Of a stretch of 64,000 nt of DNA, positions 21,688 to 31,795 are shown piece after piece; the first letter of the stretch is position 1; the number at the start of each line of letters is the position of its first letter. Made by a program: the position numbers and the translations under genes. The notes beneath the pieces were generated by a model, which made no database searches, was not told the origin of the DNA, and worked only from the letters and a program-made list of their open reading frames with translations. Source of the DNA: Pseudidiomarina sp. (GTDB lineage: Bacteria > Pseudomonadota > Gammaproteobacteria > Enterobacterales > Alteromonadaceae). Location of the stretch: the NCBI RefSeq assembly GCF_033722695.1, contig NZ_JAWVYM010000006.1, positions 58,299 to 122,298 on the forward strand, given 5' to 3'.

Positions 21688-21806
21688 TGCGAAAAATGAA
21701 ACGCCTGGTCTCAAAGGAGCGCCGTCGCGCCTGGCTTCGTAAACGACGCCATCTGCAAACTGAACGCCGGCAGAAATGGTTTCGGCTGATGCAGGACGAA
21801 GAGTAA
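21687..21806 (+). CDS. Candidate 39-aa highly basic small protein ([39 protein letters not shown])
   Basis: The ATG overlaps the mltF stop (TGATG). GAGGAG lies 5 nt upstream (21676-21681). 16 of 39 residues are Arg or Lys. It falls below the ORF track length cut-off. I recognise no homolog. Confidence 0.35.
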   Translation: MRKMKRLVSKERRRAWLRKRRHLQTERRQKWFRLMQDEE

Positions 21807-21906
21807 AATCAACTGTCAAAGTCTGGCCTGTGCTGGTAGCCCCGACAGCTGTTTCTGATTATAATAACCACCAACTTATAGAGCTCCCAACTCTGGAGAA
21901 TGATCT

Positions 21907-24900
21907 GTGGAGATTTTACGCGGCGCCCCGGCTTTATCAGCATTCCGTACGGAAAAGCTGTTACAACGCCTGCACCAGGCTGACCTGCCCGTCACCGATA
22001 TTTACGCTGAATACATGCATTTTGTCGACGTTAGCGAAAAGCTCGACGACCAAGCGCAGACCATCCTTAAAAAACTTCTGACCTACGGGCCCGCTTTAGC
22101 TCAACATCTGCCTGAAGGTGAATTGCTGGTTGTGGTGCCACGGCAGGGGACTATATCTCCTTGGTCATCAAAAGCCACTGACATCGCTCATAACTGCGGT
22201 TTGCAGCAAATCGACCGTATCGAACGGGGGCTGGCATATTATTTGAGTGGCGATCTGACCGCCGCACAATTAGATCAAGCCAAGGCTTTACTTCACGACC
22301 GCATGACCGAGATGGTGCTCGATGAAATGTCAGCTGCTGAAGTTCTTTTTAACGAAGCAGAGCCGGCTGAATTGCAGAGCATTGATATACTGGCTGGTGG
22401 TCGTGAAGCCCTGCAGCGCGCCAATATTGAGATGGGCCTGGCACTGGCAGACGACGAAATCGACTATCTGTACGATAACTTCTCCGCGCTCAAACGCAAT
22501 CCAAACGACATCGAACTCTACATGTTCGCCCAGGCGAACTCGGAGCATTGTCGTCACAAAATTTTCAATGCCGACTGGACCATCGACGGCAAAGAACAGC
22601 TGAAATCGCTGTTCAAGATGATTAAGAATACCTATGAAGTCACTCCCGACAACGTGTTGTCTGCTTATAAAGACAACGCAGCGGTAATGACCGGCTCAGA
22701 AGCTGGCCGTTTTTACCCGTATCCGGCCGGCTCCCCGGCGGCGGGCGAATACAGTTATTTCCACGAGCCTGTCCATATTCTGATGAAGGTCGAAACTCAC
22801 AACCATCCGACGGCGATTTCGCCTTATCCGGGCGCGGCGACGGGTTCCGGTGGTGAGATTCGCGACGAGGGCGCGACGGGCCGTGGCGCCAAGCCAAAGG
22901 CTGGTCTGGTCGGTTTTAGCGTATCGAACCTGCGGATCCCTGGTTTTGAACAGCCGTGGGAAGAAGATTTTGGTAAGCCGGATCGGATCGTTACCGCGCT
23001 CGATATTATGCTCGACGGCCCGCTCGGCGGCGCTGCCTTTAATAACGAGTTCGGACGTCCGGCCCTGACCGGTTATTTCCGTACTTATGAAGAACGGGTG
23101 AACAGCCATAACGGCGAAGAGATTCGTGGTTACCATAAGCCGATTATGTTGGCCGGTGGCCTTGGCAACATCCGTGAGACGCACGTCGAGAAGGGCGAGA
23201 TCCCGGTCGGCGCGAAGCTGGTGGTACTGGGCGGTCCGGCGATGAATATTGGCTTGGGCGGTGGTGCTGCCTCATCAATGGCTTCAGGCACTTCCACCGA
23301 AGACCTGGATTTTGCCTCTGTCCAACGGGAAAACCCCGAGATGGAGCGCCGTTGTCAGGAAGTGATCGATCGCTGCTGGCAGCTTGGCGATAAAAACCCG
23401 ATTGCCTTTATCCATGACGTTGGTGCTGGCGGCTTATCGAATGCTATGCCAGAACTAGTCAGTGACGGTGGCCGTGGCGGTAAGTTTGAGCTGCGTAAGA
23501 TTCCTAATGATGAGCCGGGCATGTCGCCGCTGGAGATCTGGTGTAACGAATCTCAGGAGCGCTATGTGCTGGCTATCGCTCCTGATCGTATGGAGATCTT
23601 CGAAAAAATCTGTGAGCGGGAGCGCGCGCCATTTGCTGTTATCGGTGAAGCGACAGAGGAAGAACATCTTACCGTGTCGGATCGGCATTTTGATAATAAA
23701 CCGATCGACTTACCGCTTGATGTGCTCTTGGGCAAACCACCGAAAATGCACCGCGACGCACAGTCTAAGCAAGCCGCAGGCGAGCCGTTGAACCGTGACG
23801 GTATTAAGCTGAGTGAAGCGGCAAAGCGTTTACTGCGGCTGCCGGCTATTGCTGAAAAAACCTTTCTTATCACCATCGGCGATCGAACGGTAACCGGCCT
23901 GGTGGCGCGTGACCAAATGGTCGGCCCCTGGCAGATACCGGTAGCTGATGTGGCCGTTACAGCGGCCAGCTATGATAGCTATGCCGGTGAGGCGATGTCA
24001 CTTGGTGAACGCACGCCGCTGGCCCTGCTTAATTTTGCCGCATCCGGCCGTATGGCTGTTGGTGAAGCACTGACGAATATTGCCGCTGCTGATATCGGCG
24101 ACCTCAAACATGTGAAGTTATCAGCGAACTGGATGGCTGCTGCTGGTCACCCGGGCGAAGATGCCGGCCTGTATGAAGCGGTTAAGGCTGTCGGTGAGGA
24201 GTTATGTCCGGCGCTCGGTATCACCATCCCGGTGGGTAAAGATTCCATGTCGATGAAAACCCGCTGGCAGGAAGCTGATGGCGACAAATCGGTGACTTCA
24301 CCGCTGAGCCTGGTCATCACGGCGTTTGGCCGGGTTCGCGATGTCCGTCGCACGCTCACGCCGCAGCTACGAACCGATAAAGGTTCCAGTAAGCTGATGC
24401 TGATTGACCTTGGATCCGGCAAGAACCGTCTTGGTGGCTCTGCGCTGGCCCAGGTCTACCGACAGCTAGGTGAACAGACTCCTGATGTGGATCAAGCTGA
24501 GTTACTGGCCGGGTTCTTCACCGCGACGCAAAAGTTGGTGCGGGATAAAAAACTGATGGCTTATCACGACCGTTCCGATGGCGGCCTGTTCGTCACGGTA
24601 GCGGAAATGGCGTTTGCCGGTCACTGTGGTGTCGAGATTGAACTCGACAACCTGGGCGACGATGATCTGGCTGTGTTATTTAGTGAGGAACTGGGTGCGG
24701 TTATTCAGGTCGCTGATGAAGACCTGGACAGCGTTAAACAAGCTTACGCTGAAGCGGGTCTCGAACATTGCATTCATACCATTGGCCGTCCGGTGCGGGA
24801 AGATGTGGTCCGTTTTACCCGTCACGGAGAAGAAATTCTGTCGCATATGCGCAGCCATTATCGCGCCGTCTGGGCCGAAACCACGGATCAGATGCAGCGT

Positions 24901-25803
24901 CTGCGCGATAATCCGGCCTGTGCTGATGAAGAATTTGAAGCCAAACGCAAGCTGGATGATCCTGGCTTGTCGGCAGAGCTGACATTTGATGTCAATGAGG
25001 ATGTGGCCGCACCCTATATTAATACGGGCCGCGATCCGGTCATTGCGGTATTGCGTGAGCAGGGCGTGAACTCCCACGTTGAAATGGCAGCCGCTTTTGA
25101 TCGTGCTGGCTTTGCAGCCATTGACGTGCATATGAGTGACATCCTGAGTGGCCGCACATCGCTGGAGAAGTTTAACGGTCTGGTCGCCTGCGGTGGGTTC
25201 TCTTACGGTGACGTGCTGGGCGCTGGTGAGGGATGGGCTAAGTCAATCCTGTTTAACAGCCGGGCGCGTGATGAATTCAGCGCCTTCTTTGAACGCCAGA
25301 AGACCTTTGCGCTTGGCGTTTGTAATGGCTGCCAGATGTTGTCGAATCTGAAAGAACTGATTCCTGGCGCGGATCTCTGGCCACATTTTGTGACGAACAG
25401 ATCAGAGCGCTTTGAAGCGCGGTTTAGCCTGGTTGAAATTCAGAAAAGCGATTCGCTGTTCTTCTCAGGCATGGCCGGTTCGAAAATGCCCATCGCCGTA
25501 TCTCACGGTGAAGGTCGTGCCGAGTTTAAGGGTAACAACCTGGAACTAGCGCAGCAGCAAAATCTGGTGACCATGCGTTATATAGATAACCGCGGTCAGG
25601 TTGCGACTAAATATCCGGCGAACCCGAATGGTTCACCGGAAGGCATTACTGGCCTGACAACCCCGGATGGTCGGGTATCTATTATGATGCCGCACCCGGA
25701 GCGGGTGTTCCGTACCATTGCCAACAGCTGGCATCCGGATGACTGGAATGAAGATAGCCCGTGGATGCGGATGTTCCGTAACGCCCGCGTTTATTTAGGT
25801 TAA
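21907..25803 (+). CDS. purL: Phosphoribosylformylglycinamidine synthase
   Basis: 1298 aa. GTG start with GGAGAA Shine-Dalgarno 6 nt upstream. N-terminus (M)[13 protein letters not shown] resembles E. coli PurL. C-terminal GATase (GVCNGCQM). Confidence 0.98.
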   Translation: MEILRGAPALSAFRTEKLLQRLHQADLPVTDIYAEYMHFVDVSEKLDDQAQTILKKLLTYGPALAQHLPEGELLVVVPRQGTISPWSSKATDIAHNCGLQQIDRIERGLAYYLSGDLTAAQLDQAKALLHDRMTEMVLDEMSAAEVLFNEAEPAELQSIDILAGGREALQRANIEMGLALADDEIDYLYDNFSALKRNPNDIELYMFAQANSEHCRHKIFNADWTIDGKEQLKSLFKMIKNTYEVTPDNVLSAYKDNAAVMTGSEAGRFYPYPAGSPAAGEYSYFHEPVHILMKVETHNHPTAISPYPGAATGSGGEIRDEGATGRGAKPKAGLVGFSVSNLRIPGFEQPWEEDFGKPDRIVTALDIMLDGPLGGAAFNNEFGRPALTGYFRTYEERVNSHNGEEIRGYHKPIMLAGGLGNIRETHVEKGEIPVGAKLVVLGGPAMNIGLGGGAASSMASGTSTEDLDFASVQRENPEMERRCQEVIDRCWQLGDKNPIAFIHDVGAGGLSNAMPELVSDGGRGGKFELRKIPNDEPGMSPLEIWCNESQERYVLAIAPDRMEIFEKICERERAPFAVIGEATEEEHLTVSDRHFDNKPIDLPLDVLLGKPPKMHRDAQSKQAAGEPLNRDGIKLSEAAKRLLRLPAIAEKTFLITIGDRTVTGLVARDQMVGPWQIPVADVAVTAASYDSYAGEAMSLGERTPLALLNFAASGRMAVGEALTNIAAADIGDLKHVKLSANWMAAAGHPGEDAGLYEAVKAVGEELCPALGITIPVGKDSMSMKTRWQEADGDKSVTSPLSLVITAFGRVRDVRRTLTPQLRTDKGSSKLMLIDLGSGKNRLGGSALAQVYRQLGEQTPDVDQAELLAGFFTATQKLVRDKKLMAYHDRSDGGLFVTVAEMAFAGHCGVEIELDNLGDDDLAVLFSEELGAVIQVADEDLDSVKQAYAEAGLEHCIHTIGRPVREDVVRFTRHGEEILSHMRSHYRAVWAETTDQMQRLRDNPACADEEFEAKRKLDDPGLSAELTFDVNEDVAAPYINTGRDPVIAVLREQGVNSHVEMAAAFDRAGFAAIDVHMSDILSGRTSLEKFNGLVACGGFSYGDVLGAGEGWAKSILFNSRARDEFSAFFERQKTFALGVCNGCQMLSNLKELIPGADLWPHFVTNRSERFEARFSLVEIQKSDSLFFSGMAGSKMPIAVSHGEGRAEFKGNNLELAQQQNLVTMRYIDNRGQVATKYPANPNGSPEGITGLTTPDGRVSIMMPHPERVFRTIANSWHPDDWNEDSPWMRMFRNARVYLG

Positions 25804-25814
25804 GCCGCTACTGT

Positions 25815-26261
25815 TTAGCGTCGCGCTCTGAAGAAGGCTCTCAGTAGCGCGGCGCTTTCAGCCTCAAGCACCCCTGAAACCACTTCTACTTTATGATTCA
25901 TACTGGTGTGATTAAGCACAGTTATGGCTGTGCCGGTGGCGCCTGTACGTGGATCCGGCGCACCATAAACCAGCGTTTTGACCCGGGCGTGGGTGATCAG
26001 ACCCGAGCACATCGCGCAGGGCTCTAACGTTACATACAGGGTGGAGCCGACCAACCGGTAGTTCTGCAGTTGCTGACCAGCCGCCCTTATAGCCAGGCCT
26101 TCGGCATGGGCGGACGGGTCGTGTAGCCCGATCACCTGATTAAAGCCCTCGCCAATAATCTCATCGTTATGAACTAAAACCGCACCGACGGGTACTTCAC
26201 CGTGGGTTTCAGCCAGTTGCGCTAACTCCAGCGCCCGGCGCATATAAACTTCATGATCCAT
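25815..26261 (-). CDS. tadA: tRNA adenosine(34) deaminase
   Basis: CDA-fold zinc motifs HAE and PCAMCSG, 148 aa. Confidence 0.92.
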   Translation of the reverse strand: MDHEVYMRRALELAQLAETHGEVPVGAVLVHNDEIIGEGFNQVIGLHDPSAHAEGLAIRAAGQQLQNYRLVGSTLYVTLEPCAMCSGLITHARVKTLVYGAPDPRTGATGTAITVLNHTSMNHKVEVVSGVLEAESAALLRAFFRARR

Positions 26262-26329
26262 AGTGCATCCTTGTGACGCCTTACCTTAGCTAATCTGCCT
26301 AGTGTAAAACGAAATGACAAACGGCGGGT

Positions 26330-26360
26330 AAAAAAAAGCCCCCGCGATGCGAGGGCTTTT
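26330..26360 (-). terminator. Rho-independent terminator downstream of the TonB-dependent receptor gene
   Basis: On the minus strand the sequence reads AAAGCCCTCGCATCGCGGGGGCTTTTTTTT, a GC-rich hairpin followed by a T8 run. It lies 18 nt past the stop codon. Confidence 0.6.
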
Positions 26361-26377
26361 GTTGTGTTGCGCTCAGC

Positions 26378-29300
26378 TTAGAAGCTGTAACGAACACCGA
26401 TCTTAGCTTGCCAGGTTGAACGCTCTGGCAGGTAAGTGGTCGGTGCTTCATTCGTGAAACCACCGAACGGCCGGCCATAAACATAACGACCCTGATCATC
26501 AAGGTTAACCGATACTAAACGGTTGCCGTTATCGCCGAAGCGGAACGCGTGTTGCTGCGCAGTTTCTTTATCGAAGATTGCCAGCACGTTACGAATGTTG
26601 ACATACAGCTCGCCTTTATGACCTTCCCACAGCCCTGGTAATTCCTGGGTGTATTTCAAGTCTAGCGTGGTGTTCCATGGACCGCGATCCGGGTTACGTG
26701 GGGCATAACCGCCAGCGTACTTCAACAGATCTGCTGCTTCCAGGTATCCGGCCAGTTCGTCATAGCCAAAGCCACTGCGGTAAACGACGTTTGGATCGTT
26801 TGGACCCGTTGGGATATACGGCAGGTAACGTGAGGTGCTGTCGAACTGATCCTGATCACCAAACTTGTTGAAACGGAAGGTATCCAGAACATAGCTGAAC
26901 GGACGACCTGAGTAACGCTCCCAGAACACACCGAAGGTTGACTTATAACCAGAGAAGATTTCTGTGTTATAGGTTATATCAGCCATGAAACGGTGTTCAA
27001 TCTGATAACTTGCAGTACCAGGCTCGACATTCTGGATGTCTTTCGCGATCGGGAACCGGAAGTTCGAGGTAGCAGTACTTGAACCGCCAGCAACAGCTTC
27101 TTCGATATCCTGATGGGTATAGCTGGTGCGGAAACTCAGGCCGTTATCCCATGCTTTACCCATAGTAGCGGTAAAGATCTGGCTCTTGCCGCCGTCACCA
27201 TTAGTCAGCATCAGGTCATACCGATCAACGTCGTTATCATCGCCAATACCGTTAGGTACATGGTTATCAAGAGGATCGTCTACGACATAGATAATCCGGC
27301 CGCCATCAGCGGTCGTAACAACGTTGCCGTTTGCGTCCAGTAACGGACGACGCGCCAGGTCAACCCAGCGAACATCGTCTTTACGACGGGTATAGATATA
27401 TTCAGCGCTGGTGTACCAGTCTTCGCCTAAGATACCCAGGTCAGTAGTCCAGTCAAAACCTAAGCTTACGCGCCAGTCAGTCGGCAGGTCGAAGTTAGGG
27501 TCGATAGGGTTGGTGTTACCATCACCCGGAACCAGTTGGTCCTGAACCGCTTGAGGTACCTGAGTGATGTCAACATTATCCAGGTACACAGAGCCAGGCA
27601 GGGTATTATCGTCGAAAGGTACGATAGTTACGCCGTCATTGGTGTAAGCGTTAGAAATCCAGACGTTAGGACGACCACCGCCGTAACGGCCGAATCCACC
27701 GCGTAACAAGACATCGTCAGTCAACTGATACTTAATGCCGAAACGTGGCAGGATCAGATCTTTACCGTCGAGGTTTTCAGTATTAGCGAAACCATAACGG
27801 TCGAAGAAGCGCTGGTTGAAAGTAGGTGCATCTTCAGCAGTAATACGCTCATAGCGTACGCCGAAAGTCAGTTCTAAGTCCCAGCTTGGCTGCCAGGTAT
27901 CTTGCAGATACAGAACGTGAGTACCTTGGGTGAATTCTGCAGCACCATCATTCGCATCGTTAGTATACGCATTTGAGTACGCAAAATCTGACGCCTGACG
28001 GTTTTCAAAGTCAGCAATCGAGTCAAATTCCCAGCGACCCAGAGAACTTTCGACAAAGACGTTAAAGATGTCGTTACTGGTAAACTCGTAACCAAAGCCA
28101 ATTGAATGATCGCCAGTCAGATAATCACCGTTAAATTGGAACTGGAGGGTATCATTCGACAGCTGGTTTGCATGGCGGTAGCGGTCAGGACCGAGGGCAA
28201 TACGGCCATTTGCACCATATACGGTTACGTCACCGAAACCTTTACCAAGTAGAGGGATTTGGCCGGTTTCTACAGTTTTATACGATAATTTGACGTCGCT
28301 GGAAAAGTTCGATGTCCAGTTTGAATACACTTGCAGCGCGTATGCGTTCAGCTCTTGGGTATTGTTGTACCAATGCGACGACAAACGCAATTCGTTGCGG
28401 CCGCCGTCATTGTTACGGGTCGAGTTACCATCAGTGTTCTGATAAGTGAAAGACGCACGGTGGGCGTTATTCACGTTCCAGTCCAGCTTAATCAGTACTT
28501 TTTGATCTTCTTCTACCGGGTTTACATTCCAGTCACCGGCATTCACCCCATAAACCTCACGTGCGATGCGAATAACTTCATCGACTTCGGCTTGCGTGAC
28601 GTTAGCGGTGTTGGCTGCATTAGAACCCATAGGACCAGCTTCAACAGACTTTGGCTCATCGGTTTTTTCAAAGTTTGCGTAGAAGAACAACGTATCTTTT
28701 ATAACTGGGCCAGACACGCTCAGACCATAGGTCTTCTCCTGATAGTTCAGGGTAGGAGCTGGTCGGTTTGGCTCGTAACGTGATGGCTCAGGATCGCCAG
28801 CAAGGCTATCACTGGTGTACTGATAGAACAGTGAGGTTCTGAAATCATTGGTACCTGATTTGGTTACCGCGTTGATTTTGGCACCGGTAAAGTTACCGTG
28901 CTCAGCACCGAAAGGCACCACGTCAACACTAATCTGCTCAATCGCGTCGATAGAGATCGGTGAACGCTGAGTTGGATAACCATTTGCGTTCAGACCAAAG
29001 TCATCGTTCTGGCCGATGCCGTCAACAGTGATTGAGTTGTATTTCGGGTTGTTACCCGCAACGACCAGCTCATCACCTTCGCCAATTTGTGTCGCCAGTG
29101 GGTTCAGGCGCACAATATCTTTTAAGTCACGGCCATAAGTAGGCAGTGATTCAATTTGCTCTTCGCCGAACGAGCTTGATGAGCCGCTGTTCAACTGAGC
29201 GTAGTTAATCGCTTCAGCAGTTACCTGGATCCGCTCTATGCTTTCTTCTTCCAGCTGGGCAGTCAGACGGAAGGTCTCACCCAGTTTCAGGAAAACTTCT

Positions 29301-29593
29301 TCATAGGTCGCGTCGCGGTATACGTTTGAGTCTAGCGTGATGCGGTATGGACCACCAACCCGCAGACCGTTTACGATAAAGTTACCTGATTCATCAGTGG
29401 TAACTTCTAAGCGGCTGCCAGAAGGGATGTGTTCAATTTCTACTGTGGTATTAGCAGCACCCTGACCTTGGGGGCCTACGATGGAACCCCGCATTGAAGC
29501 GGAGGTGTCTTGTGCCATTACTGGAGCTGAGGCAAGGCCAAGAGCAACAGCAACTGCACCGGCGGTGCGGGATAATCGCATAGTTGTACTCAT
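26378..29593 (-). CDS. TonB-dependent outer-membrane receptor, Oar-like, with N-terminal carboxypeptidase-regulatory-like domain
   Basis: 1071 aa. Signal peptide ...ASAPVMA|QD, a beta-sandwich region (GSIVGPQGQGAANTTVEIEHIPSG ... GGPYRITL), a plug domain, a long beta-barrel and terminal ...GVRYSF. Confidence 0.9.
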   Translation of the reverse strand: MSTTMRLSRTAGAVAVALGLASAPVMAQDTSASMRGSIVGPQGQGAANTTVEIEHIPSGSRLEVTTDESGNFIVNGLRVGGPYRITLDSNVYRDATYEEVFLKLGETFRLTAQLEEESIERIQVTAEAINYAQLNSGSSSSFGEEQIESLPTYGRDLKDIVRLNPLATQIGEGDELVVAGNNPKYNSITVDGIGQNDDFGLNANGYPTQRSPISIDAIEQISVDVVPFGAEHGNFTGAKINAVTKSGTNDFRTSLFYQYTSDSLAGDPEPSRYEPNRPAPTLNYQEKTYGLSVSGPVIKDTLFFYANFEKTDEPKSVEAGPMGSNAANTANVTQAEVDEVIRIAREVYGVNAGDWNVNPVEEDQKVLIKLDWNVNNAHRASFTYQNTDGNSTRNNDGGRNELRLSSHWYNNTQELNAYALQVYSNWTSNFSSDVKLSYKTVETGQIPLLGKGFGDVTVYGANGRIALGPDRYRHANQLSNDTLQFQFNGDYLTGDHSIGFGYEFTSNDIFNVFVESSLGRWEFDSIADFENRQASDFAYSNAYTNDANDGAAEFTQGTHVLYLQDTWQPSWDLELTFGVRYERITAEDAPTFNQRFFDRYGFANTENLDGKDLILPRFGIKYQLTDDVLLRGGFGRYGGGRPNVWISNAYTNDGVTIVPFDDNTLPGSVYLDNVDITQVPQAVQDQLVPGDGNTNPIDPNFDLPTDWRVSLGFDWTTDLGILGEDWYTSAEYIYTRRKDDVRWVDLARRPLLDANGNVVTTADGGRIIYVVDDPLDNHVPNGIGDDNDVDRYDLMLTNGDGGKSQIFTATMGKAWDNGLSFRTSYTHQDIEEAVAGGSSTATSNFRFPIAKDIQNVEPGTASYQIEHRFMADITYNTEIFSGYKSTFGVFWERYSGRPFSYVLDTFRFNKFGDQDQFDSTSRYLPYIPTGPNDPNVVYRSGFGYDELAGYLEAADLLKYAGGYAPRNPDRGPWNTTLDLKYTQELPGLWEGHKGELYVNIRNVLAIFDKETAQQHAFRFGDNGNRLVSVNLDDQGRYVYGRPFGGFTNEAPTTYLPERSTWQAKIGVRYSF

Positions 29594-29680
29594 CTTTATT
29601 TCCTGGAGTTAGTTGGGTTGTAATAAAAATCGAGCCAAGGTCATACCGCTAGAAGCAACCTTGATGACATATCGTAAGCA

Positions 29681-29733
29681 TTTATAGCATGCGATTGTGT
29701 CAAAAATGTGACGCTATTTTACGCAAATATAAA
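29681..29733. promoter_or_regulatory. Candidate shared Pho-box region with divergent -10 elements (TBDR on minus, EEP gene on plus)
   Basis: On the minus strand, GCGTCAC-ATTT-TTGACAC (29714-29697) is followed by a 10-bp gap and TATAAA (29686-29681). On the plus strand the same element precedes TATAAA at 29728-29733. Confidence 0.5.
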
Positions 29734-29810
29734 GTCGATTGCATAGAGAATATTGAACCTTTATTATTTTATTTTGTCCCAGCACCCCTACCACCGAGGC
29801 ATGCCATTTC

Positions 29811-31007
29811 ATGAAGTCTTATACTTTCTTACTTGTAGCGCTGTTGCTCACATTTCTGACGGGATGCGATATGTCCAAAAAAAATCAATCTGATCCTGTA
29901 GCTTTACGGGTGGCAACCTTTAACGTCAGCATGGACGCCTCTAATTATTTGTCTGACGACGCGCTGGCGGAGCAGGGGGCACAAGCGCTGGCGCAGGCGC
30001 TCGATGACAATCACCCGCAGATTCGGGCGGTGGCCGAAATTATCCAACATACCCGGCCTGATGTATTAGTGCTGAATGAATTTGATTATTTGCCAGCGGA
30101 GCAGGGGATCAATCGCTTCCAGGAGGAGTTCCTGGGGGTAAGCCAGAATGGTGAGTCGCCTATACACTATCCTTATGTGTTTCTGGCACCGGTCAATACC
30201 GGCCAGCCCAGCCCTTTTGATCTGAACCGTGATGGCAAGGCAACGGGGCTGGCGGATGATGCCTGGGGCTACGGCTGGTATCCGGGCCAATATGGGATGG
30301 TGGTGCTGTCACGCTATCCGATTGATCAAATTGCCTCCCGGACGTTTCGTGATTTTAAGTGGCGCGATATGCCAGGCGCTCTGCGTCCGTTGCTGCCAGA
30401 ATCTCATGAACCCTGGTATAGCGACGCCGCATGGGCAGAGTTTCCGCTGAGTTCAAAGTCACATTGGGACGTCGTTATTGATGTAAAAGGTAAGCTGCTG
30501 CACGTGCTGGTTAGTCATCCGACGCCGCCGGTTTTCGACGGTGAAGAAAACCGTAATGGTCGTCGCAACTATGACGAAATCCGCTTCTGGGCTGACTACA
30601 TTACTCCGGGGCAGGGCGAGTATATTTATGACGACCAGGGACAGCCTGGCGGACTTGATGCCGACAGCCGTTTCGTCATTGCCGGCGATCTCAATGCGTC
30701 GACAGAAGGTAATGACAATGTACCCGGCGCCATCGATCTGCTACTGAAACATCCGGCTGTGCAAGCGGAGCCAATCCCATCCAGTCAGGGTGGGCTGGAG
30801 CATTCGCCCGCTAACGACCATGGTCCGTTTCACACTGCCAGCTGGCGGAAGCGGGCGGATTACGTGTTACCTTCCGAGGCGGGAATACATGTTATCGATG
30901 CGGGCGTATTCTGGCCTGCCAGCGATCAACCTAAGGCTGATTTGGTCAACTCGCGTAGCAGTTCATCGGACCATCGCTTGGTGTGGATTGACATTCAGTT
31001 GCGATAA
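29811..31007 (+). CDS. Endonuclease/exonuclease/phosphatase (EEP) family lipoprotein
   Basis: Lipobox LTGC|D. EEP motifs are TFNVS, VLVLNEFD, IAGDLN and SDHRLVWIDI. Confidence 0.8.
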   Translation: MKSYTFLLVALLLTFLTGCDMSKKNQSDPVALRVATFNVSMDASNYLSDDALAEQGAQALAQALDDNHPQIRAVAEIIQHTRPDVLVLNEFDYLPAEQGINRFQEEFLGVSQNGESPIHYPYVFLAPVNTGQPSPFDLNRDGKATGLADDAWGYGWYPGQYGMVVLSRYPIDQIASRTFRDFKWRDMPGALRPLLPESHEPWYSDAAWAEFPLSSKSHWDVVIDVKGKLLHVLVSHPTPPVFDGEENRNGRRNYDEIRFWADYITPGQGEYIYDDQGQPGGLDADSRFVIAGDLNASTEGNDNVPGAIDLLLKHPAVQAEPIPSSQGGLEHSPANDHGPFHTASWRKRADYVLPSEAGIHVIDAGVFWPASDQPKADLVNSRSSSSDHRLVWIDIQLR

Positions 31008-31026
31008 AATTCACAAATTTGTCGCA

Positions 31027-31060
31027 GAGTCATAAAAATGTCATAAAGTATCCTGATAAT
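31027..31060 (+). promoter_or_regulatory. Pho box plus -10 of the phoBR promoter
   Basis: GAGTCAT-AAAA-ATGTCAT (31027-31044), a 10-bp gap, then GATAAT (31055-31060). This is the canonical PhoB-activated promoter geometry. Confidence 0.75.
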
Positions 31061-31091
31061 TAGCGTTGCTGAAATACAACAGGTGATGCAG

Positions 31092-31778
31092 ATGTCGAGA
31101 AAGATACTGATCGTGGAAGATGAATCCGCCATTCGCGAAATGCTCAGCTTTGTTATGGAGCAGCATGGCTACCAGGCGGTAGAAGCAAATGACTACCATC
31201 AGGCTTTGGAGAAGATCACTGATCCACTGCCTGATATGATTCTGCTGGACTGGATGTTGCCTGGCGGAACCGGGGTTCAGTTAGCAAAAAAATTAAAAAG
31301 TGATGACTTTACCCGCAATATCCCGATCATCATGCTGACCGCGCGCAGCGAAGAAGAAGATAAAATCCGTGGTCTCGAAGTGGGTGCTGATGATTACCTG
31401 ACCAAACCTTTCTCCCCTAAAGAGCTGATGGCCCGAATTCGTGCCGTATTCCGCCGGGTGACGCCGACCGCGCTGGACGAACCCATCGAAATTGAAGGCC
31501 TGCGTCTGGATCCTGTCTCGCACCGGGTGACCGCTTTTGATGAACGGCTGGATATGGGGCCGACTGAATTTAAATTACTACATTTCTTTATGACGCACCC
31601 AGAGCGGGTGTATAGTCGTGAGCAGTTGCTTGATCATGTCTGGGGAACCAATGTGTATGTTGAAGACCGTACAGTCGATGTTCATATTCGTCGTCTGCGG
31701 CAGGCGATTACTGCCCATGGCCACGACCGTCTGGTGCAGACCGTACGGGGCGTCGGTTACCGCTTTTCAACACGTTGA
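31092..31778 (+). CDS. phoB: Phosphate regulon response regulator PhoB
   Basis: [11 protein letters not shown] receiver domain followed by an OmpR-type winged helix (VRGVGYRFS). AGGTGA Shine-Dalgarno precedes ATG at 31092, so the track's GTG at 31083 is disfavoured. Confidence 0.96.
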   Translation: MSRKILIVEDESAIREMLSFVMEQHGYQAVEANDYHQALEKITDPLPDMILLDWMLPGGTGVQLAKKLKSDDFTRNIPIIMLTARSEEEDKIRGLEVGADDYLTKPFSPKELMARIRAVFRRVTPTALDEPIEIEGLRLDPVSHRVTAFDERLDMGPTEFKLLHFFMTHPERVYSREQLLDHVWGTNVYVEDRTVDVHIRRLRQAITAHGHDRLVQTVRGVGYRFSTR

Positions 31779-31795
31779 TCGGATAATCAACCGTT

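Noticed and set aside
21607-22081. Track ORFs 21607-21819 (minus, 70 aa) and 21776-22081 (plus, 101 aa) in the mltF-purL region
   Set aside because: The first is antisense to the mltF 3' end and the spacer. The second runs through the purL promoter and start in another frame. Neither has an RBS or a recognisable sequence. The coupled 39-aa sORF explains the spacer better.
26299-26502. 67-aa minus-strand ORF spanning the tadA-TBDR spacer
   Set aside because: It covers the TBDR terminator hairpin and the 3' end of the TBDR gene in another frame, and it has no coding signal.
29662-29680. Second Pho-box-like element (minus strand CTTACGATATGTCATCA) in the TBDR/EEP spacer
   Set aside because: Only one good half-site (TGTCAT) is present. 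It lies downstream of the proposed TBDR -10, so it is not in activating geometry. It could be a weak extra PhoB site, but support is insufficient.
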